IMG/VR virus record: IMGVR_UViG_3300022602_003048
Coordinates: 1-64,000 of that record
Length of the DNA: 64,000 bases
Source of the DNA: a virus
Direction: 5' to 3' (one strand)
Numbering within the stretch: the first letter of the stretch is position 1; every line of letters starts with the position of its first letter. Shown piece by piece: positions 57,721-64,000 of this stretch. Below the pieces are notes generated by a model. The model saw only the letters and a list, made by a program, of their open reading frames with translations. It did not search any database and was not told the DNA's origin. Both the position numbers and the translations under genes were made by a program.

Positions 57721-58137
57721 TTAGTGATTGAGCAATATCTGTGTTATGGTACCCTGGGTCCAATTAGTAACATTGGCGCGGATCCATATGAAATTACCTA
57801 CGAAATTGTAAGAAGTTACTGAAGTAGTCGCTGAAACGTATGTTAGCAGGCTAGCGGGGCTGAGCCTCAGCACTAGTCCTGTCGTGTCAACTGAGAATCT
57901 ATCTTGCGAAGATAATGGGATGTTTACCCAATCTCCCGCACCGGGCGAAGCAGCTAGTGTGCCCTGTATGTTTATGCTGCCTATGAAATTGGCTAACTCT
58001 ATCTGTACGGTATGGGTACCATCGCCCCATCCGTAGTAACCATCTCCCTTGAAAGGATCTCCTACGAGCGTGGTAGGACCTGTACCCATCGTAGGGTAGC
58101 TGGTGCTGGGAACTATAACATCGCTGATTGCTGGCAT
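57721..58137 (-). CDS. Probable virion structural protein
   Basis: Beta-rich; late promoter upstream; precedes the fibre gene. Confidence 0.6.
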   Translation of the reverse strand: MPAISDVIVPSTSYPTMGTGPTTLVGDPFKGDGYYGWGDGTHTVQIELANFIGSINIQGTLAASPGAGDWVNIPLSSQDRFSVDTTGLVLRLSPASLLTYVSATTSVTSYNFVGNFIWIRANVTNWTQGTITQILLNH

Positions 58138-58147
58138 TTCTGATCTT

Positions 58148-58174
58148 CCTGTCGTGTATATTTACCACGACAGG
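58148..58174 (-). promoter_or_regulatory. 9-bp hairpin with late promoter in the loop and SD in the 3' arm
   Basis: CCTGTCGTG-GTAAATATA-CACGACAGG(AAG). Confidence 0.75.
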
Positions 58175-58198
58175 GCTTATGCAGACCAGCGCCTCAGA

Positions 58199-58486
58199 TC
58201 ATTTGTATTTTTTAGCGGGTTTTATGCGATAGGCCTGTGCGAAGCGAGGAACGTCCATGCCCTCGATAGTCATGATGTCTTCAAAATCCGCATGCCTCTG
58301 CTTGCCTCCCTCGAAAATAGCCGTGATACCAGTAGGATCTATGCTGTGTATCGTGCCAAACTTTTCGCGTGTGACAGGTATGTGACCGAACGCATTGACT
58401 GGAACCCTTGCGCTCACAGTCATACCTACGTTCAAGAAACGCTTATCTGCCAGCAGTTTAGCTAGATTTATCATGTTATTAGACAT
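58199..58486 (-). CDS. Hypothetical protein
   Basis: Coupled ORF. Confidence 0.65.
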   Translation of the reverse strand: MSNNMINLAKLLADKRFLNVGMTVSARVPVNAFGHIPVTREKFGTIHSIDPTGITAIFEGGKQRHADFEDIMTIEGMDVPRFAQAYRIKPAKKYK

Positions 58487-59189
58487 TTGCTTCTTCCTGT
58501 TGTTTGAGTTCTTCTTCTGTTATCATCCTTATCACTTCTTTAATAATGGGATCTGCTACTAATCTCATCATCAAGAGGTACTGTTCGTCCTTGATGTATA
58601 GATAATTCTGATAGAACCAACGCTTATCCGGTTCTCTCAGGTACTGCCTAAACCCATGAGTTACGTGTTTGAACTTATCTGGATGCCTCTCTAATAGATT
58701 GTATATGGACTGTTTGTTGGTGTATGGCAGACTAGTCTTTGGGTTGGTCAGCATGAGCTTGTAGCGGCAATCGTGTGTCAGCTGTTTCTTTATCATAGTC
58801 CTTTCGTTGGACAATAGATAATCTAGAGCCTGATTATCAACTGGTTCATAGAATTCTTGGAAACAGTCCTCGGGGAGGACAGCTAGTGCCCGGTCTAAGA
58901 AACTGCGATCCTTGAAGAACAGGCTGAATCTGTATCCTTCTATCCTAGTGCGCAGCTCATTACGATCATATCCTGATAACAGATCAAAGAGATTGGACAC
59001 AGCAGCTTGGTTCCTCCAAGCTGCTTCTCTAACTCGTCCGGCCGGTGGTTTCTTGTGCTTCTTTACCTGCTCAAATTCATGAGCAGACAACAGCTTTGCG
59101 CACATAGCCCATGTTGATCCTATGACCAATTTGTAGGGGAAGATCCTATAATATAGGCTCTCAGACTTGTGATAAGACAGCATCAGCAT
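58479..59189 (-). CDS. Hypothetical protein
   Basis: 236-aa coupled ORF. Confidence 0.7.
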   Translation of the reverse strand: MLMLSYHKSESLYYRIFPYKLVIGSTWAMCAKLLSAHEFEQVKKHKKPPAGRVREAAWRNQAAVSNLFDLLSGYDRNELRTRIEGYRFSLFFKDRSFLDRALAVLPEDCFQEFYEPVDNQALDYLLSNERTMIKKQLTHDCRYKLMLTNPKTSLPYTNKQSIYNLLERHPDKFKHVTHGFRQYLREPDKRWFYQNYLYIKDEQYLLMMRLVADPIIKEVIRMITEEELKQQEEANV

Positions 59190-61410
59190 CAGTTATTGCT
59201 CCAATTTCAAGTATAACATCATCGTTGCTAGCGTCAACCGTCACAGTTCCGCCACTCTTCAGCTTACCAAACAGCAGTTCACGGCTCATTGGTTTCTTGA
59301 TCTCTTGATCGATGATGCGTGATAGCGGTCTAGCACCCATCTTTGGATCAAATCCTCTCTTGATCAGCAGATCGATCCCATCTAAGGTCAGCACTACCTT
59401 GACGTTTTTCTCTCTCACTAGGTCATTCAGTTCTTTCACGAACTTGTAGACGATCATAGTCATGCTTGATTTGCTTAGCTTATTGAATTTGATGATACCA
59501 TCGAGCCTGTTGCGGAATTCTGGAGCAAAGAAAGATTTCATAGCATCGTCGCTGTCGTTATAACGATCCTCTGACGAGAATCCGATAGTCGCACGTTCTG
59601 CGTCCTTAGCACCTAGATTGCTGGTCATTATCAGTATCAAATTCCTGCAATCTGCTACCTTACCATTGGACCCTGTCACTTGTCCGTTATCCATGATCTG
59701 CAACAGTACGTTGCTCACGTCTGGATGTGCTTTTTCTATCTCATCCAGCAGCAGCACACAGTTGGGGCTTTCCTGTATCTTGGTGATCAGCTGTCCTGCA
59801 TTGTCATCAAACCCCACATAACCCGGAGGTGAACCTATCAGCTTGGCTACACTGTGCTTTTCTTGGTACTCACTCATATCAAAACGAATCAATTTTACTG
59901 CTAGATTGTCCGCCAGCTGCTTAGCTGTCTCAGTCTTGCCACAGCCAGTGGGTCCAACGAACAAGAAGCTACCGATAGGCTTAGTAGGACTCTTTAATCC
60001 TGCGCGGGCGATAAAGATCTTGTCCAGCACATCGTTGATGGCGGTATCTTGTCCAAACACTTTAGACTTCATGTTGCTTTCTAACATTGACAACCCTTCG
60101 CTTTCGGTCTCAGCTACAGCTTCGACCGGTAGCTTGACCATCTTGCTCAGTTCAAACTCGATATTTGACTTGCGTACCACACGCTCTGAATTAGGATCTA
60201 GCTTGAAACGGCTGCAGGCTAGATCGATGAGATCGATGGCCTTATCGGGCAGCTTCTTGTCAGTGAGATATTTCACAGACAGTTTTACTGAGTTTTCCAA
60301 CGCTTCATCTGTGATTTCAGCGGCATGAAATTTCTCATAGTACTTGCGTATGCCCTTTAAGATATCGATAGTGACTTCCGTGCTGGGTTCGTCGACTGTG
60401 ACACGCTGGAACCGACGCATCAGCGCACGATCCTTCTCAAAGTGCTTGCGGTATTCCTCCCACGTAGTGCTAGCGATGACCTTGATAGCACCCTTGCTGA
60501 GCGCAGGCTTTAGCATGTTGGCCATATCGTTGGGATTATTGCTGCTTGATCCTGCTCCGTTCATCATGTGTGCTTCGTCAATGAACACGACAGCCTTGCC
60601 TTTTTTCTCGATGGCTTTGATGACAGCTTTGAGTCGCTCTTCAAACTCACCACGATACTTAGATCCAGCCAGCAGTGATCCAATATCTAGATTGTAAAGC
60701 GTATGTTCATGCAAAAACTCCGGTATGTCACCGTTGACGATCTTATAGGCGAGACCCTCTGCGATAGCGGTCTTACCGACGCCTGGGTCACCGACCATGA
60801 TCACGTTGGCCTTGTTGCGGCGTCCTAGCGCAAGCACTATGCTTTCGATCTCAATATCTCTACCGATCACCGGATCGATCTTGTTCTTCTCTACCTGCTG
60901 GTTTAGGTTAGTAGTATACTGTGCCAGCATCTTGTCTATCTGGTTGCCGGAGAAATTCTCTTCGTCTACGCTGATAGTTTCTGTATCAACATATTCAGCG
61001 AACTGCGCTTTAGTGAAGCCTGCTTTGTTTAGATAGAAAACAGCGTGGCTTTTCTTCTCGCTCAGTATGCTGAGCAGTAGGTCGTTCACTTCGATCTTCT
61101 GCCTGCCATTGAACAGCACTTGTGTGAAAGCACGATTCAAGCAGCGTTCTACACTAGCGGTCTTCTGCGGTTTAATTTTCTTGCTGCTCCCAACGATAGA
61201 TACAAGGTTGTTCCTGATGAAATGATCTAGATTGGCACGCACATAATTTAGATCACTGGGATAGTCCTTGATGAATTCTACAAATTTTTCATCAGTGAGT
61301 ATAGCTAGAGTTAGATGTTCTATAGTGAGATATTCGTGCATAAATGATGCAGCTATCTCTAATGCTTTCTCGAAAACGTTCTGTAGCTCTTCGCTTGGTT
61401 CTAGCATCAT
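59161..61410 (-). CDS. clpA: ClpA-like Hsp100 AAA+ unfoldase
   Basis: Clp N-domain, DPVIGR, GDPGVGKT, YRGEFEERLK, GPTGCGKT, RFDMSEYQE, IGF ClpP-binding loop, GARPL. Confidence 0.93.
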   Translation of the reverse strand: MMLEPSEELQNVFEKALEIAASFMHEYLTIEHLTLAILTDEKFVEFIKDYPSDLNYVRANLDHFIRNNLVSIVGSSKKIKPQKTASVERCLNRAFTQVLFNGRQKIEVNDLLLSILSEKKSHAVFYLNKAGFTKAQFAEYVDTETISVDEENFSGNQIDKMLAQYTTNLNQQVEKNKIDPVIGRDIEIESIVLALGRRNKANVIMVGDPGVGKTAIAEGLAYKIVNGDIPEFLHEHTLYNLDIGSLLAGSKYRGEFEERLKAVIKAIEKKGKAVVFIDEAHMMNGAGSSSNNPNDMANMLKPALSKGAIKVIASTTWEEYRKHFEKDRALMRRFQRVTVDEPSTEVTIDILKGIRKYYEKFHAAEITDEALENSVKLSVKYLTDKKLPDKAIDLIDLACSRFKLDPNSERVVRKSNIEFELSKMVKLPVEAVAETESEGLSMLESNMKSKVFGQDTAINDVLDKIFIARAGLKSPTKPIGSFLFVGPTGCGKTETAKQLADNLAVKLIRFDMSEYQEKHSVAKLIGSPPGYVGFDDNAGQLITKIQESPNCVLLLDEIEKAHPDVSNVLLQIMDNGQVTGSNGKVADCRNLILIMTSNLGAKDAERATIGFSSEDRYNDSDDAMKSFFAPEFRNRLDGIIKFNKLSKSSMTMIVYKFVKELNDLVREKNVKVVLTLDGIDLLIKRGFDPKMGARPLSRIIDQEIKKPMSRELLFGKLKSGGTVTVDASNDDVILEIGAITDADAVLSQV

Positions 61411-61414
61411 AACA

Positions 61415-61915
61415 TTATCTCCAATTCTTCTTCATCTTTTTGAGGGCCATTTCTATCTTCAGCTTGCTTACCCTATTAGTAAAGCATATGCCATCTAGGT
61501 GGTCTATCTCGTGCTGCACTACTTTTGCAACATAACCATCTACCCTTACATCGTTCCATAAACCTCTGCTATCTTGATAGGTCATCTCAACCCATATAGG
61601 TCGGCTTACCTTTAACCATAGTCCAGGGAAGCTGAGACAGCCTTCTCTATCTAGAGAAGTTTCTCGACTGGTACCAGTAATCATTGGATTGAAGAACGCC
61701 TGAGGTTTTGGAAATCCATCTATACCGTTAGATCCTATGACGAAGACTCTGCTCTGTATATCGACTTGGTTGGCAGCAAGCCCTATACCTCTGTTTTCAT
61801 GCATGACAGCGAGCATGTCGTGCTCTAACTGTTCAGGGTCTAGGTCTCCGTCAAATGTGAATTCCGTGAGTCTCTGGTGGAGGAGTGCGTGTGGTTCATA
61901 TTTTAATTCTAGCAT
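61415..61915 (-). CDS. def: Peptide deformylase
   Basis: GIGLAANQ, EGCLS, QHEIDHL. Confidence 0.96.
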   Translation of the reverse strand: MLELKYEPHALLHQRLTEFTFDGDLDPEQLEHDMLAVMHENRGIGLAANQVDIQSRVFVIGSNGIDGFPKPQAFFNPMITGTSRETSLDREGCLSFPGLWLKVSRPIWVEMTYQDSRGLWNDVRVDGYVAKVVQHEIDHLDGICFTNRVSKLKIEMALKKMKKNWR

Positions 61916-61921
61916 AACATT

Positions 61922-61950
61922 ATTATATAACAGAACCCAAGTTTAATCAA
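61922..61950 (-). promoter_or_regulatory. sigma70-type promoter, probably leaderless def mRNA
   Basis: TTGATT-N17-TATAAT-N6-ATG, no SD. Confidence 0.65.
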
Positions 61951-61953
61951 CAG

Positions 61954-62823
61954 TTATCTGTTAGACCCGCGGACTTTGTTTGCCAAATCGTTTACCATAG
62001 ATATCAGCTGCGGATCTTTTATCACAGGAGTCTTCACGTTCACCGTCACGATCATGTGTCCTCTGAGATTGGTAAACTTTACACTAGGAAAACCTATGTC
62101 ATGGCAGCTGTATTTCCTACCGTGCTGTGTTCCTGGTTGTATGACGATCTCTATGTTAGTTCCGTCTATGTTCTTGATCGTTTTCTTGCAGCCCAGCATA
62201 GCTTCAAAGATGTCAATCTCTGTAGCAGTGACTAGATTTAGATCTTCTCTATGGAAGTAAGGATCTTTTTCTACTTCTATAATGACTGTTAGATCGCCGC
62301 GCCTCAGGGTAGGTATGCTATCGTCACCGTACTCTGATACCTTTAGCGTCATACCATTTTCAACACCTGGCGGTATGTGCAGGGTAACTTTTTCATCGCG
62401 TCCGCTCGGGAGCCTATAGGTTATGTCAATGTTTTTACCTAGATATGTGTCTTTTAAACTAACACGGCATTTTAAGTTTAGATCTCTGTTCCTCTGCGGC
62501 ATGTTATTGGTGCGGAAGGTGAATCCAAAATTGCCCATGATGTCTTGGAACTCTGGCGGCATATTTCCGAAAGGATTGAAGCCAAAATCATGGAAATTGC
62601 CACCAGTGTGTGCATGGAAATGCTGCTGGTTATGGCCACCGTGATCGTACATCATCTTCTTCTCAGGGTCGCTGAGTGTGTTATATGCTTCGTTTAATTC
62701 CTTGAATTTAGCTTCATCACCTCCGCGATCGGGGTGGTGCTTCATAGCCATCTTCTTAAATGCTGATTTAATCTCTTCTGGACTTGCGTTCCGTCCAACA
62801 CCTAACGTATCATAATAGCTCAT
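61954..62823 (-). CDS. dnaJ: DnaJ-class (type II, CbpA-like) co-chaperone
   Basis: J domain with HPD, G/F region, C-terminal domain, no Zn finger; ATAAGTA-N5-ATG. Confidence 0.92.
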   Translation of the reverse strand: MSYYDTLGVGRNASPEEIKSAFKKMAMKHHPDRGGDEAKFKELNEAYNTLSDPEKKMMYDHGGHNQQHFHAHTGGNFHDFGFNPFGNMPPEFQDIMGNFGFTFRTNNMPQRNRDLNLKCRVSLKDTYLGKNIDITYRLPSGRDEKVTLHIPPGVENGMTLKVSEYGDDSIPTLRRGDLTVIIEVEKDPYFHREDLNLVTATEIDIFEAMLGCKKTIKNIDGTNIEIVIQPGTQHGRKYSCHDIGFPSVKFTNLRGHMIVTVNVKTPVIKDPQLISMVNDLANKVRGSNR

Positions 62824-62855
62824 GACAATACTTATTCCACTGTTTTTTGCTCTAA

Positions 62856-63587
62856 TTATTTCTTGAGTTCAAAAACCATCACAGTGTTATCATTTTCAAA
62901 CACGAAATGGTCTCCGTATTTGGTAATATTATAGTCACCGAAGTATTTTGTCAACCATGTAGTTTCAGCAGTCGCAGATTCATCTACACGTATGTTGCCT
63001 GCTAGTTTGTTTAGTATATCAGTTCTCGTACCGTGTTCGATCATTTTCATCTTGATAGGACTGTTGAAAGATCTCTTAAATATCAGATCACCGTTTTCTA
63101 TCAGCAGATAGTCTAGTGGGCTCTGGCGGAAGAAAAACCTAAGCTCGTTCTCAAATATGTCTCCCATCTTGGCCTTGTATTCGTCCGGAGATTTAGGTAT
63201 AACATCTCGCAGGTCTCTGAGAGGTTTGCTTTGATAATCTCTATAGTAACGGAATCGCCAATCATCTATGCCTGAAAGCTCAGATAGCCCATACAATATT
63301 TCGTCTATCTGTTCAGCTACTTTCCTGTCTCTTTCGAGTTCTACGAACACTCTATACGTGTTTCTAGAAACTTCACCTTCGCTAGAATCTGCATCTATCA
63401 CAGCTTCGTAACTTTTCTCTATAAAGTTTTCTAGATCTTTGGCAGGCTGACGTCCTGTGACTTCGAAGCTGAGCACTGCTATATCTTCGTCGTTGCCCAT
63501 CTTGCTTTTGTATGCATCTACTTCAAAAGTTGGATCGATGAGATCTGTTAGGTCTCCGGAACTAAGCCCTTCACGCAGTTGGTTCAT
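62856..63587 (-). CDS. Hypothetical phage protein
   Basis: 243-aa ORF; N-terminal MNQLRE resembles the tag. Confidence 0.7.
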   Translation of the reverse strand: MNQLREGLSSGDLTDLIDPTFEVDAYKSKMGNDEDIAVLSFEVTGRQPAKDLENFIEKSYEAVIDADSSEGEVSRNTYRVFVELERDRKVAEQIDEILYGLSELSGIDDWRFRYYRDYQSKPLRDLRDVIPKSPDEYKAKMGDIFENELRFFFRQSPLDYLLIENGDLIFKRSFNSPIKMKMIEHGTRTDILNKLAGNIRVDESATAETTWLTKYFGDYNITKYGDHFVFENDNTVMVFELKK

Positions 63588-64000
63588 TGGTTATATCCTG
63601 GACTGGTTGATCTAGAGCTGCACTAGCGCCGCCTTTGCCTGGCATGGTATCTAGTTCCTGGTAGATGCTTTCGAGGTCGACTTCGCTGTCTTGAGAACCT
63701 CGTATAGAACCCTTGAACACTTCAAACATCAGTTCCTTTGGCATCTTTATGGTTACTATCCATATAGGGTGTTTGTCGAGTATACCCTTCTTGCTCTTTG
63801 GACGGAAGTCGCTTGGCTGTTTGATCTTACGAGGCTGTTCTAAGAAATCTTTGAGATATGATATTTTGCAGTTGTAATCTAGCAGCATCTTTCCGCCCAT
63901 TGGATCCGGCATCTTTTCTTTGGGCCACATGAAGCTGCATTCGACCCAGTGCCTCGATATTTTTGGACCTCTAACTAGCTCACCATCTTCCCAGTTCTTG
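63571..64000 (-). CDS. Hypothetical phage protein, 5'-truncated by the window edge
   Basis: Frame stays open beyond 63930 to the window end (KNWEDGELVRGPK...). Confidence 0.7.
   Translation of the reverse strand, partial: KNWEDGELVRGPKISRHWVECSFMWPKEKMPDPMGGKMLLDYNCKISYLKDFLEQPRKIKQPSDFRPKSKKGILDKHPIWIVTIKMPKELMFEVFKGSIRGSQDSEVDLESIYQELDTMPGKGGASAALDQPVQDITNEPTA

Noticed and set aside
1-64000. Stop-codon reassignment as in some large phages
   Set aside because: Core genes (polB, clpA, thyX, fibre) are full length in the standard code, and TAA, TAG and TGA all end genes at coupled junctions.
1-64000. tRNA or rRNA genes
   Set aside because: Intergenic gaps are short and none shows a cloverleaf or T-loop GTTCRA context; a tRNAscan run would be definitive.

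Overview
A 64-kb segment of a large, T4-like (myovirus-type) dsDNA bacteriophage genome, standard genetic code, with no rRNA, tRNA, CRISPR or integrase seen. It has four blocks. (1) 1-22.3 kb: an AT-rich enzyme island in short divergent units, with 7 complete radical SAM enzymes plus one partial (one B12-dependent, two tandem paralogues with an N-terminal CxxC..CxxH site), about 10 Fe(II)/2OG/cupin oxygenases, two kinase-fold paralogues, a QueC-like PP-loop ATPase, a methyltransferase, a GNAT-like protein, a glycosyltransferase-like protein and an AMP-binding ligase. The units whose upstream regions lie in the window are headed by T4-late-like ATAA(A/G/T)TA boxes. (2) 23-42.5 kb: a minus-strand replication and nucleotide block (thyX, MoxR AAA + VWA peptidase, RNase H, sliding clamp, PolB) into which a 7-deazaguanine DNA-modification cluster is inserted (DpdA-like transglycosylase, FolE, QueE, a QueD paralogue with LxxxHRHxF, plus a GT-B glycosyltransferase and a PRTase). 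(3) 42.5-52.5 kb: late genes sharing an N-terminal M-K/L-hydrophobic-x-E tag resembling a capsid-targeting signal. Several are modular proteins split by hydrophobic-x-Glu sites and carry enzymes. (4) 52.8-64 kb: a tail fibre and a ClpA/peptide deformylase/DnaJ set. Leaderless late genes and SD-sequestering hairpins built around late promoters are readable directly from the sequence. All function calls come from motif recognition by eye; no database searches were run.
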